Shown here: positions 28,410 to 42,634 of the stretch, piece by piece
Layout: the number at the start of each line of letters is the position of its first letter
How positions within the stretch are numbered: position 1 is the first letter of the stretch
Origin: Eledone cirrhosa
Lineage: Eukaryota
Length of the DNA: 64,000 bases
Reading direction: 5' to 3'
NCBI GenBank assembly: GCA_964016885.1
Contig: OZ024763.1
Location: 21,886,001-21,950,000 of the forward strand
Notes under the pieces: generated by a model
Told to the model about the DNA's origin: nothing
Database searches by the model: none
Seen by the model: only the letters and a program-made list of their open reading frames with translations
Position numbers and translations under genes: made by a program

Positions 28410-29880
28410 ACCACACCACACCACACCACACACTACACCATACCACACTACACCACACTCTAGACCACACTACACTATACTTCACACCACACTCTACACT
28501 ACACTACACCACACACTACACCATACCACACTACACCATACACCACACCATACCACACCACACACTACACACTACACCACACTTCACACCACACTCTACA
28601 CCACACTACACCACACACTACACCACACACTACACCACACTACACTACACCTCATACTACACACTACACTACACACTACACCATACCACAGCACACCTCA
28701 TACTACACACTACACCACACTACACTACACACTACACCATACCACACCACACCTCATACTACACACTACACCACACTACACTACACACTACACCATACCA
28801 CAGCACACCTCATACTACACACTACACCACACTACACTACACACTACACCATACCACACCACACCTCATACTACACACTACACTACACACTACACCACAC
28901 TACACTACACACTACACCATACCACACCACACCTCATACTACACACTACACACTACACTACACACTACACCACACACTACACCATACCACACCACGCCTC
29001 ATACTACACACTACACCACACTACACACTACACCACACTACACTACACACTACACCACACTACACTACACCTCATACTACACTACACACTACACCATACC
29101 ACACCACACCTCATACTACACACTACACCACACTACACTACACACTACACCATACCACACCACACCTCATACTACACACTACACTACACACTACACCACA
29201 CTACACTACACACTACACCATACCACAGCACACCTCATACTACACACTACACCACACTACACTACACACTACATCATACCACACCGCACCTCATACTACA
29301 CACTACACCACACTACACTACACTACACTACACACTACACCATACCACACCACACCTCATACTACACACTACACTACACACTACACTACACACTACACCA
29401 TACCACACCACACCTCATACTACACACTACACTACACACTACACCACACTACACTACACACTACACCATACCACACCACACCTCATACTACACACTACAC
29501 ACTACACTACACACTACACCACACTACACTACACACTACACCATACCACACCACACCTCATACTACACACTACACTACACACTACACTACACACTACACC
29601 ATACCACACCACACCTCATACTACACACCACACTACACAACACCTCACACTACACCACACTACACTACACCACACCACACCTCATACTACACACTACACC
29701 ACACTCTAGACCACACTCTCATATACACACCATACCACCCACTACACCACACCTCACACTACACCACACCTCACACTACACACTACACCACACCTCACAC
29801 TACACCACACCACACCTCATGCTACACACTACACCACACCTCATACTACACCATACATTACAACATACTACACCACAGAC
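28410..29880. repeat. CACTA/CACCA pentamer-based satellite with higher-order units
   Basis: Recurring ccataccacaccacacctcatactacacacta. Confidence 0.9.
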
Positions 29881-30794
29881 ACTCACATACATGCACACAT
29901 ACACACATACATGCAGATAAATGCACACACACCATGTTTTGATACATATTTGCACACATATTCATGCATGTCGTGTGCTACATGCATACATAACTAATGC
30001 ATTTGCTTGCATGCCTGCACACATGCAAACACTGGTATGCAAATAGACTAATATTATCTGCATATGGTAATATATTCATATATACAACACATACATACAC
30101 ACATATACTTACACACACACACATACATACTCATATTCACGTACACACACACACACACACACATACATACATACTCATATTCATACATATTCATATTCAC
30201 ACTCCCATACAAACACGTACATACACACATACACATACACATTCATATATACATACATACTCACATACATATACACACATATACATACACAAACACAAAC
30301 ACATACATGCATTTATCCTGTGTATTGTCATTATCAAAATTTTACATCAGCTTTTATCGGCATGAGCTGGAAGAGGTTTTTATGAGGCAGTTTTTTAACT
30401 GTTGAAAGGAGCCCTGACTAATGCAAACCCATACTAGGTCTTTATATATTATATAATATAATTATGTTCTATACCAAGAGATCACTGCTCCTATACTATG
30501 GACATGTGGTTAGAATGTCTCAGGAAAGAATCACTGAACAGATTTGAGAGATCACAGCTCCTATACTATGGACATGTGGTTAGAATGTCTTAGGAAAGAA
30601 TCACTGAACAGATTTGTAGCTCAGAGATCAGAGAGTCACTCCAGGTAGAGCCACTACTTCTCCGAATTGAGAGATCACAGCTCTGATACTATGGATATGT
30701 TTTCATTTTTTAACTGATGATGGTGGAGGTGGTGATGATGGTTGTATATGTTGTTGGGTGGCTGGGTAGATAGATATATAGGTAGATAGATATG

Positions 30795-31195
30795 TTTCTT
30801 TATTAGCCACAGGGGCACAAAAGAAGGGGACAAATACAAAGGGGGAAGTTTACATACAATAAAAACGTGTAAAATGTTATCACAAATGCAATTTAAAAAA
30901 TTGGTCGATTTTCCCCAATAGGGGGAGACAGTTCAGATGGGTAACACATACCCCCGAAAAAATGTGCAACCCTCATCTCCAGGAGTACAAAGAGTTTGTA
31001 CTCCTTTCCTCTCCTCCTCCTTTTCCTCAACCTACAGGCTGATATAGAGAGAAGGCCCATTCACTCGGGCCATTCTCGCCACTTTCACCCACCTTTCATA
31101 AAACTTGCTGGGGTACAGCACCTCTCTCTCCATCCTGATTCTTCTTCCAAAGTGGTATTTGAAAAAAAGAATCAGTTGTTGGCCGGAGAGAAAGG
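30795..31195 (-). mobile_element. Tx1-like LINE 3' end fragment
   Basis: Shares tttctttattagccac, ccccaataggggggagac and ggcccattcactc with the 52.6-kb element. Confidence 0.75.
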
Positions 31196-31235
<40 letters not shown>

Positions 31236-32349
31236 GAAAGAAAAAGAAAGAAGAGAAGGAAAGAAAGAAAGGGGTAGAGAAAGAAGGAAATCAATTGGAT
31301 ATTTTGGTTATTGTGACTCACTGTTTCCAGGAATTAAAGAGTATCAATACTTTATACAACTGTTGGGTGTATATATATATATATATATACATACATATAC
31401 TCTCTCTCAATATATATATATATATATATAAATATATATATATACATACGGTATATATATGTATGTATATATGTATGTATATAAATGTATAGAGAGAGAG
31501 AGAGATAGATAAATATATAGATATATCTATGAATATATATGTTGGTGTTGTTGTTGTTCTTGGTGTTGGTGTTGTTGATGTTGTTGTTGTTGGTATTACT
31601 GCTGTTGTTTTGTTGTCGCTTGTCATTGTATTGCTTATGTTGTTGTTGTTGTTACTTTTGCTGTTGGTGTAATTGTTCTTGTTGTTGTTGTTACTCCTTC
31701 CTATATAATTGATGGACATTCAATCTTTAGTGTGGAGAAAAACAGAGAGAGAGAGATATCCAAAGAACACACATATACACACACATACACATGCAGACAC
31801 ACATACACACACAGAGACACACACACCAATCTTATATATCAGCTGTTGCCGTCAACGCTCCCACGCATGTTTCTCTGTATCCTCTACATCCTCTCCACCA
31901 CCACCACCACCACCACCAACACCATCACCTCCAGCACCATCAACACCACCACCACCACCACCTCCGGCACCTCCAGCACCACCACCACCACCACCACCAG
32001 TTTCTGCTGTTCACCCTCGCTTCCACCCCTTTATGACACACTACAGACAACACTAATCACTGTTTCTTAATTCATCAAGTCTTTTTCTTCTCTTTTGTTC
32101 ATCCCTCATTTTTCGTTTTTCTTTTATTTTTGTTGTTTTTATGGATTTTAGGTATTCCTATTTTTTCTTTTACTTGGTATTTTTCTCTCTCATCTCCACG
32201 TCAACCCAACAGTTCTTTCTCACTATGTAAGGGGATATCAGGATCAAGATCAGGATCACCCCCTTCTCTCCCTCCCTCTGAAAATGACTGAAGAAGAGCT
32301 GAGCTGGGCTAGGCATGGATGGGCCATGATGAGATGCATTCAATTGCTG

Positions 32350-32382
<33 letters not shown>

Positions 32383-32829
32383 AACCACCACCACCACCAG
32401 TACTACAAACACGATCACTATTACTACTGTTATTATCACTACCACCACACCATCACCACTACCACCACCACCACCACCACCACCACCACACCGCCACCAC
32501 TACAACCACTACTACCACCACTACCACTACTATCACCACCAAAGTTGTTTTACAATTGGTCAGGTTCCTTTTGAAATAAGAATCTGTTGAATCAAATCAT
32601 TATTTGTATTTGTTGTTGTGGTGGATTGGCAGTATCGGTAGAGAGTCGGACGCCATGCTTTGCAGCCTAGAGTTACGTCCCTTTATGATCTGAGTTCAAA
32701 TCCCACCGAGGTTAACTTTGCCTTTCATCCTTACAGGGTCGATAAAGTAAAGTACCAGTAATGCACTGAGGTAATTGCTAGCCTTGTGCTAAAAGTAGAA
32801 ACAATTATTATTATTATTGTTCTTTGAGT

Positions 32830-33125
32830 CTCAGTCATTGATGTTAGTTAACTGGAAAGTTTGTTGAAATGAATATCAAGCCACTACCTGCAGCCTCAGA
32901 TATTCAGGACGTATCGGAGGGTTCTTGCTGTTCCCAGCAAGCATGCATTTTGAAGGGTTCCAAAAAGCGGGGCGGGGCCAATTTTCTTTAACCATCCCTG
33001 GAAACTTTTTGAGGTAGTACCTAGTGCACCTATGACAATTGGGACCACTTTGACTTCATGGCAGTTCCAAATCCTTTTTACCTCCCACATTAAGTCCTGA
33101 TATCGGTTAATTTTCTCCCTCTCCT
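32830..33125 (-). mobile_element. RLE-type LINE 3' fragment
   Basis: EKINRYQDLMWEVKRIW...VVPIVIGALG...LQNACLLGTARTLR. Confidence 0.8.
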
Positions 33126-34234
33126 CGTCGATAAAATAAAGTACCAGTAATCCACTGGGGTCGATTTCATCAGCTTTCACCTCACCCAAAATTACTGGCC
33201 TTGTTCCTAAAGTAGAAACAGTTATTATTATTATTATTATGGTGAATTGGCAGTATCGGTAGAGGGTCGGATGCCATGCTTTGGCGCATAGAGTTACGGC
33301 CCTTGCCATTCTGAGTTCAAATCCCGCCGAAGTTAACTTTGCCTTTCATCTTTACAGGGTCGGTAAAAACAATTATTGGTAGAAACAATTAATGGTAGAA
33401 ACAATTATTATTATGGTTTGGCAGAATCAGTAGAGCGTCGGACATGCTTAGCGGCATAGAGTTATGGCCCTTTATGTTCTAAGGTTAAATCCCGACGATG
33501 TTAGCTTTGCCTTTCATCCTTACAAGGTCGATGAAATAAAGTACCAGTGATACACTGGGGTCGATTTAATCGACTTTCCACATCCCTTTCAAATTGCTGG
33601 CCTTGTGCCCAAAGTAAAAATAATAATAATTATTATTATTATTATTTTTATTATTATTATCATTATTATTATTCTTTATCAATTCCTTCCAGGAAATATC
33701 AATAATATGTTGAGTATATAAAATCTTTATTGATTTCTTATAGAATGACAAGGCCTCAGATGTTTAGAAGAAGAGGAGGAGGTGGAGAAAGAAAGCAATA
33801 GTGTTACAATACCCCCCTGTGTGTCCCACCATTCCATGTCCTCTGCCGGCAGGCAGCCAACCACCTAGTTCCCTTCCAGGGGCTCTTCTCTTATAGAATG
33901 ACAAAGTATCAGATTTTTAGAAGAAGGTGGAGGTGGAAGGGGGTGGAAAAGGAAAGAATCAGTGTTACAATGCCCTCGTGTGGGGGCCCCCTTCCCTGCA
34001 GCCAGTCAGCACCTCAATTCGTTCCCCTCATGGGGCTGTTTTTGTAACATGAGTAGAGTGGAGTAGAGAGAAAGGGTTACATTTCAATGGAAGCCAGGTG
34101 GAGGGAAGGGAATCCAAAGCTGGTTTAGGGATCTAAGGAATTCCTTTAGTGTGCAGCAGCATCATTATCTGCTCCACCACCACTACAACCCCTATTAATA
34201 CCTCCACCACCCCCTTCACCATTATTAACCACTA

Positions 34235-34300
34235 CTACTAATATATATATATATATGTATATGTAGATAAATATATATATATATACTTACATAAATATGC

Positions 34301-34336
<36 letters not shown>

Positions 34337-34810
34337 ATAAATATATATTGATATATATATATATATAAATATGCATTTGTGTGTGTCTGTATATATACAC
34401 TCACATAAATATACATAGACACACACACACACACATATTATATATATATATGTATATGTAGATAAATATATATATATATACTTACATAAATATGCATAAA
34501 TATATATATATATATATATATAAACATAAATATATATTGATATATATATATATAAATATGCATTTGTGTGTGTCTGTATATATACACTCACATAAATATA
34601 CATAGACACACACACACACACATATTATATATATATATGTATATGTAGATAAATATATATATATATACTTACATAAATATGCATAAATATATATATATAT
34701 ATATATATAAACATAAATATATATTGATATATATATATATAAATATGCATTGGTGTGTGTCTGTATATATATACTCACATAAATATACATAGACACACAC
34801 ACACATATTA
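34235..34810. repeat. ~180-bp tandem triplication of a compound microsatellite block
   Basis: gtagataaata...cttacataaatatgc...catagacac repeated three times. Confidence 0.85.
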
Positions 34811-35143
34811 TATATATATGTGTATATATGTATATATATATATATATGTATATATATATGTATATATATACGTATATATATATGTGTATATATATATGTA
34901 TATATATGTGTATATATATATGTATATATATATATATTTATATATACATATATGCAAAAGTTCTATTTAAAATTGTTGGGATACAACAAGTAAATATTTT
35001 TATAACTGATATAAAGCACTCGACAAGTATTTGGAGTAGATATACGATATTAATAAATGGAAACTATCTGGATGGCTTCCAAAAATAATGGTTGCATTTT
35101 AATAGGATACGTCAAAGTTTATTTGTAAAACTGTTATATATTG

Positions 35144-35208
35144 TATTTTGTCTGATGAAGGCATACCATAATTTAATTTGGTATCCCTGAAATATGTATA
35201 ATGAAATA
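35144..35208 (+). ncRNA. Minimal hammerhead ribozyme motif
   Basis: TATTTTGT CTGATGA AGGcATACCA..TGGTATcCCT GAAA TATGTA TA ATGAAATA. Stem I is 8 bp including GU pairs. Confidence 0.8.
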
Positions 35209-35512
35209 AATATGGTTCTATAAATATAGTTTCCATTTATTAATATCGTTTATATATACATATATATTTATATATACATACATATGGTGGCTGCCAACTC
35301 GTTTTCGAGTACAGCCGCTACTTTATATCCATGTAGGAGAACCCCTACCGATGCGCTGAATGAGTGTGACTTTTTAGTCCAGCCAGCGACTTGAAAACTC
35401 TGGTACAAACACTATACTTGTGACAACTACTGACACATAGTGCTGGGCACATGGTACCATGTAACGACAAGTACAGAGAGATCTCCAGATATACATACAT
35501 ATATATTTATAT

Positions 35513-35553
<41 letters not shown>

Positions 35554-35554
35554 C

Positions 35555-35596
<42 letters not shown>

Positions 35597-38044
35597 ATGT
35601 GTATATATAGATATATAGATATATATATACATATGTTTATATATATAAGTTTTAAAAAAGAGACCCGCATGGCTAAAACATATGAATGGATAAAAATTAT
35701 GGGCAAAGACTGGAAAATAAATGGATACAGATAGTAGTCCCATCTTATCAGTCAACTGCTAGAGATGTGTAGTTTCGGTGCTTTAAGGTCGATACAACTA
35801 GTTCTAGTGCAAAACGGACGGCAACAAATGGACAAAGGACAAGATGATAGTCTTAACTATTTACAAATATGAGAACATTTGCTACTAACCCATGAACTGC
35901 AACTGAAACGTTGTCAATGAGGTCCAATATATTGATAAGGCAAAAGGTAAAGTAGAAGAGATAGAGAATATACAATATCTAATCTAATCTGGTCGAGTTT
36001 ACACTCGCAAATAAGAAAGACCAGGGCCGCCCCTAGGAGCTGTGGATTTGGTGTACTTCCTGTTTGTTTCGGTTGCTGAATACAATGAGGGGTCGCTGCT
36101 TCTCCTGAAGGTCAATAGTTCTCTTCTAACGCGAGCGGGGGTGCCTTTCCATTGTCAATTTGCATTAATCATCTGCAAAGCTGCATTGTTCTCAGAACCA
36201 CTACACCAGTCTTTCGATGTGTGCAGCTGGAACTACTGCCACCCATTGATTTGGCAGGATTTTTTTGATTTTTTTATATGGCCTCTTGTGAGTTCTTCTG
36301 CCCTTTGTCAGGTTCTGTTTTTTGTGTTGCAGGGTGCCCAAAATCACCCTCCTCACTAAGTAAGCTTGGTGGGGTTGCCAGTTTAGTCGCCGACGACCCA
36401 ACCATGCAACAGGTTGTACTGGGTTACATGCTGCTAGTAGCACTCAAGAGTTACCTGACAAAATATACAATATACCTGGCCTCTGGCCTTGACTGGAGCT
36501 GTGATTATCTCTCAATACAGAGAAGTAGCAGCTCTACCTGGAGCAAACCCCTTACCCACCCAACCTACCCTCTGATCTCCAAACTCCATCCAAGCTACAC
36601 ACCTTACTCTATCGTGTAATATTACTTCAAAGACCCTTTAGAAGGAACCCTCATTTCAGCTGCTTATTTATATAATCGGTAGCATCATTTCATGGTATTT
36701 ATCGGAAGAAGCATCCTCATATATTTCTGATAATGGATTAGCAAGTCAAAATGGCGGCAAGAGGAAGGCAACAGCCATGATATAATTTCACACGACTGAA
36801 CTGGGATTCCAGCAGTAAAACGATACCATCTTCCATTGTAATATATACTTTGCTATGCTCTGTCTCAAACGATAGATTATCACTTAGTAGACATTCAGTG
36901 AATACCATTTAGACAGTCTAAACCTCCTACCTCCCCTCCCCTCCACACTTCCCACCTCCATTCCTTCCTACATTGCTCATAAGCTTTTTTATGACAAAAA
37001 CTCTGTTTTTTTCTCTCTCAAAAACTGCTTACTTTCTTCAAGTACACCAGATGTTCAAAATTACTCCTGATGATCTGATTTTATTTTTATTTTCCGAGTT
37101 AATTTTTTTCATATTTTTTTTTTCTTTCCTAGCTTTTTTTCCCCCACCACCACCTCCTCATATTTGAAATTTTTTCTCTGGCGATGCAGGTTTTTTTTTA
37201 GTTTTATTTATTTATTTAGTTCTTTATATATTTCTTTTACCATCCATGTGGTAAATTAGTTGTGAGTGTCATCAAAGTATAGGATGAAATAACTTGGCTG
37301 TATTGATTTTAGGTCTCTGTACTTTTGACTTTAATACTTTTTATAGCAAACTACCTGAAACTACTCCCCACCATCACCAGGGCCGGATTTAATGGGGACA
37401 AAGGTGGCAAAAGGGGCAATTGCCCCGCCTCCACCAGTGACTGTCATAGTAATTTATTTGTGCTCTCTGCTGGGATTTTTAGTTTTAGTTTTAGGGTGCT
37501 TAGGTAAGTGAGTGAAGTCTGAGAGTTCAATTGAGTCAATTTATATCTAAACATTTTCTATCATAATTTTAAGTAAGAATAAAAAAAACCTTTCTTAAGT
37601 TATACTCTAAACATCAGCTTAATAATAATCCATATATTCTGTCATTTCAACATGAAGTAGCAGCTCTACCTAGAGCAAACACCACCCAGCTACTGATCTC
37701 TGATCTCTACCTGATCTACACACCCTACCCTATTGGGTAACATTACTTCAAAAAACCCTTCAGGAGGAATCCTCATTTAAACTCTACCATTTATAAAGTG
37801 AAAAGATTTAAATCATATGGTGCGTGTGTTTCTTTTTATTGGTAATACTGACAAAATCCCATAACCATCCCCAAATATAACAATATCTGTTTCAACACAT
37901 GATTTCACATAAAGAATCTTGCCAAAAAAAAAAATCAACACATACATAAACATAACTGTTTTAATTAAATTATTATTGTTTTGCCATATATTATCTCATT
38001 ATTTTATCTCATTATATTATCTCATTATTTTATATTTGTTTTAG

Positions 38045-38091
38045 TTTCGACTGGCCGGCCTGGGGAAGGCATACAAGACTCAGAACATGTG
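38045..38091 (+). CDS. CAMTA: CAMTA 47-nt micro-exon (F-STGRPGEGIQDSEHV)
   Basis: Acceptor tttgtttttag and donor gtgagt. Phase 1 start and phase 0 end bridge the flanking exons exactly and restore the conserved PMF. Confidence 0.8.
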
Positions 38092-38646
38092 GTGAGTACA
38101 GAAAAATATAAAAATGTTACATGAAGCATGCCTTGAATGTGTATTCCATATTAATATATATATATTTATTATTTTTTTTATTCTTATTTTTATTTTACTC
38201 CTTTTCCACTTACCTATTCTTTCAACCCCCCCCCCCCCTCCTTCTTTTCTCCAGTACAATTTTTCGACTTTTCATACTTTATCCTTAGAATCTGCTGTAT
38301 AGATTTCACTTTCAACGCCTGACTGGCTTTCTTCACTCGCTCTTTGTTCTACAGGCAAGTTCAGCCACCCTACCTCCCACCAAATGCCATGATAGATTTA
38401 CTTGTCTTTATAGCAAATTTTAACCAATCCTCTTGACAATTTTCCCATATAAGGAAGTACCCCTTGATAAGTTTGGCTATTTATTTACCAGGCTAAAAAT
38501 TCTTACTTAGTCCAGAAATAGCCGTCGAAACGGCTTGAGCTCTGCCGTCGGGGTCATACTTGTTCCTATTACCCACTCTACTACACTAAGTATTGAGTAC
38601 TTTGGTACGTTATGGTCCATCTGGTTCCTTACCACAATTCCTTCGT

Positions 38647-38679
<33 letters not shown>

Positions 38680-38825
38680 ATATATAATATATATTTATAT
38701 ATCGGTGTTGACACGAGTCTACATGTTAAAACATATCTGAGGAGCTTCCGATTCCAGAGTCAGGTTCGATCATTAATAAATGGTTCCTTCAGCTGATTGA
38801 CAGTGAAACATATGTAATATGTAAT

Positions 38826-38987
38826 TACCATATTTCCTTGCGCCGAAGACGTTTCATTCTCGAGGGCACACCCTAATTTTGACTACCAAAAATTTGAAAA
38901 AATAACAAACAAACTCCGGGACACACGGTAGATTTTTGAGACTTATTTTAGGAAAAGAGTAGTGTCTTCAAAGCCGGGAAATATGGT
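38826..38987. mobile_element. Tc2/pogo-like MITE remnant
   Basis: Imperfect TIRs CCATATTTCC..GAAGAC and GTCTTC..GGAAATATGG. Confidence 0.55.
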
Positions 38988-39024
38988 CAATATGTATATG
39001 ATACAACACTGATTCTTTGTTTCC

Positions 39025-39745
39025 TTAACCCTTTAATGTTCAAACCGGCCAAAACCGGCCAGAATTCTCTACCTTTTTCTGTTGAAACTGGCTGTAACTG
39101 GTCACTCAAACTGATGTTAAGGTATTGTTCTCAAAATAAATACTTCCAAAATCTCATAGATTCGATATTATGTGAGGTAAAGCCTTTACCATGAAAATAT
39201 AATAGTATATATAGAGTAATGTAAATGTTGTGAGATAATATGTGAGGTAAAGCCTTTACCGTGAAAATATAATAGTATATATAGAGTAATGTGAATGCTA
39301 TGTGAAATAAATATGTGAGGTAAAGCCTTTACCATGAAAATATAATAGTATATATAGAGTAATGTGAATGCTATGTGAGATAAATATGTGAGGTAAAGCC
39401 TTTACCATGAAAATATAATAGTATATATAGAGTAATTTGAATGCTATGTGAGATAATATGTGAAGTAAAGCCTTTACCATGAAAATATAATAGTATATAT
39501 AGAGTAATGTGAATGCTATGTGAGATAAATATGTGAGGTAAAGCCTTTACCATGAAAATATAATAGTATATATAGAGTAATGTGAATGCCATGTGAGATA
39601 ATATGTGAGGTAAAGCCTTTACCATGAAAATATAATAGTATATATAGAGTAATGTGAATGCTATGTGAGATAAATATGTGAGGTAAAGCCTTTACCATGA
39701 AAATATAATAGTATATATAGAGTAATGTGAATGTTAAAGGGTTAA
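39025..39745 (+). mobile_element. piggyBac-like MITE with an internal array (~8 units)
   Basis: TTAA|CCCTTTA ... TAAAGGG|TTAA, same body sequence. Confidence 0.85.
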
Positions 39746-40153
39746 ATATTAATATTATATATATGTGTGTGTGTGTGTGTGAAGGCACATGGCTGAGTGG
39801 TAAGAGAATTGGATTCACAATCATGAGGTTGCGAGTTTGAGTCCGGGACCGTGCGATGTGTTATGTCCTTGAGCAAGACACTTTATTTCACGTTGCTCCT
39901 TCTGCGTGGACTTGCGATTGACAGATAGTATTAGCAATTGGAAAGACCAATGAAAACATTGTTTCTTCGGTCTGATTTGACGAACTCTACCCCACTCGTT
40001 AAGCAAGCTGTTTTAACTTCTCCACCTACTTCTTTCCAGTTGTTATGTCTAAAAACGAAATTCTTTATATATATATATATGTATATCCCTTCCATATACT
40101 GTACTGATTGTGTTGTTATTTCTGTTTACCTTTTATATACATATATATGTATA

Positions 40154-40214
<61 letters not shown>

Positions 40215-40974
40215 TCATCATCACCATTTTACGTCCGTTCTTCCACACTAGCATGAGTTAGACGGGTTGTCCTGTTTTGGGCAGTGTCCAGTCGGCTGAC
40301 CTTCTCTTGCTCATACGGGAACTGATTCTGGCTTGATTTCAACCTCATTTACAGTGTGGGCTGTGTGCTTTTTTGCCGTGGCACCTCCACGACCACTTTG
40401 CAGTGGAATGATAGGGATCCCAGTCCCTATCATCTCATTTCTACAGCTGAGTAAACTGGAGCAATGTGAAATAAAGTGTCTTGCTCAAGGAAACAACACA
40501 TCACCCCGTCTGAGAATTGAACTCACAACCTTTCGATTGCAAGGCCAATGCTCTAACCAATATACTTTATACACTACACAGATACACATATATACTCATT
40601 ATACACTACACACACAGAGTCACACAATAACACACTCACACACACACATATACTCATTATGCACTACACACACACACAATATATACACGGAGCCACACAG
40701 TCACACACACATAGTCATTATACACTACAAATTGGTTCACCATGAATTTAGTGTTTTGTGAATGAAGGAGATTAAAACATTCCACTAATTATTTAATTAA
40801 GGTATCAATCAAGGTAATATAGAAGTTATCACCTGACTAACCAACACATCACAGGAGATATTTTACCTGTTGTAACTATTTCAATCTCATTTACACCTTT
40901 GATTCCTTTCATAATATCATGGAGACTGACACACTATATTCTGAATCTGATAGCTTTATATATATGTGTGTGTG

Positions 40975-41027
<53 letters not shown>

Positions 41028-41614
41028 CAGGTCACCATGTATCCCAGTACAACCTGTCTCGTGGTCGGGTCGTTGGCGACTAAACTGGCAACCCCACCAA
41101 GGTTTCTTGGTGAGGAGGGTGACTTTGGACATCCTGCAGGACCAAAAACAAAACCTGTCAAAGGGCAAAGGAGCTCTTAAGAGTCAATGGCCATCCCAAA
41201 TCACCGGGAGAGTTGACCCCTTAGCCTTTGTCAAGGCAGAATTCTAGGAGAAGGAAAACTCTGATATAACACCTGCAACCCTGATGGTATCCAATGATGT
41301 TGACTTGTTCTTCTTTTTGGTAAATATCATCTTAGTTAAGAGAGTGGGACTGGATTTGTGCAGTGCCTTTGCTCACTATAAAAGCTTCACGGCACAAGCA
41401 TTGCTTTATATCTGGAGATCTCTCTGCACTTGTCGTCACATAGTACCATGGGCCCAGCATTATGTGTCAATAATTGTCACAAGTGTAGTGTTTGTACCAG
41501 AGTTTTCAAGTCGCTGGCTGGACTAAAATGTCACACTCGTTCAGCGCATCGATAGGGGTTCTCCTACATGGATATAAAGTAGTGGCCGTACTCGAAAACG
41601 AGTTGGCAGCCACC

Positions 41615-41650
<36 letters not shown>

Positions 41651-42001
41651 ATATATATATATGTGTGTGTGTGTGTGTATATATATATGTGTGTGTGTGT
41701 ATAAATATGTGTGTGTGTATATATATATATGTGTGTGTGTATATATATATATGTGTGTATGTATATATATATATGTGTGTATATATATGTGTGTGTGTGT
41801 GTGTATATATATATATGTGTGTGTATATATTTATATATATATGTGTGTGTGTCCATCTCCTTTTTAGCTGTCTCCTCTCCACCACCTTCTCTCTGTCTCT
41901 GTCTCTCTCTCCCTCCCTCTCTCTCCCTCCCTCTCTCTCTCTCCCTCTCTCTCCCTCCCTCTCTCTCTCTTCCTCTCTCTCCTTCCCTCTCTCCCTCTCC
42001 C

Positions 42002-42059
<58 letters not shown>

Positions 42060-42320
42060 CATCTCTATTTTTATGTTTTCTTCTCTCCATCTTTCTGTTA
42101 ATTTCATCTCTCCACACTCTCTTTTCTATGTCATTCACTTTCTCCATCTCCCCCTCTCTCTCTCTACCTGTCTATCTATCTATCTATCTATCTATCTGTC
42201 TGTCTATCTATATCTCTGTCTACACACCTATCATTCTCTTTCTCTCTATATATATATATGTATATATATATATGCAGGATTGAGCAATAAATCTCCTATG
42301 TAACATCTCCACTTTGTTCT

Positions 42321-42356
<36 letters not shown>

Positions 42357-42358
<2 letters not shown>

Positions 42359-42634
42359 GTTATTCCGAGTTGAATCGGAGGTAACCACAGTAAGTAAGGT
42401 ACTCAATACATAGCAGAGTATAAAAGTTTTAATATAGATGAGATTCTACAGGACTAGAACTGTTTCATTCATTAGAAATCATCAGGAATCTGGGTATCAA
42501 AAAATAAAAATGGTATTTATAGGTCTCTACCACTTGTAGAGACCTATAAATACCATTTTTATTTTTTGATACCCAGATTCCTGATGATTTCTAATGAATG
42601 AAACAGTTCTAGTCCTGTAGAATCTCATCTATAT
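42357..42634. mobile_element. Penelope-like pseudo-LTR remnant forming a 99-bp-arm palindrome
   Basis: Arms 42432-42530 and 42536-42634 are exact reverse complements. Flanked by (TA)n. Related copies at 23762-23881, 25240-25338 and 25376-25810. Confidence 0.7.
42575..42625 (+). ncRNA. Hammerhead ribozyme motif (mirror copy on - strand at 42441-42491)
   Basis: AGATTC CTGATGA tTTC taat GAAt GAA ACAG ttctagtc CTGT A GAATCT. GUA cleavage triplet; the stem II closing pair is U-U. Confidence 0.72.

Noticed and set aside
28229-29920. His/Thr/Tyr-rich ORFs
   Set aside because: Pentamer satellite with no coding signature or splice evidence.
33735-33990. Two diverged ~155-bp copies starting ttatag|aatgacaa as candidate alternative exons
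   Set aside because: No clear donor or CAMTA similarity, and the frame is already satisfied by the 38045 exon.
38785-38825. CTGATTGA cagt GAAAC ATAT GTA motif
   Set aside because: The core has an insertion, and stems I and II are absent.
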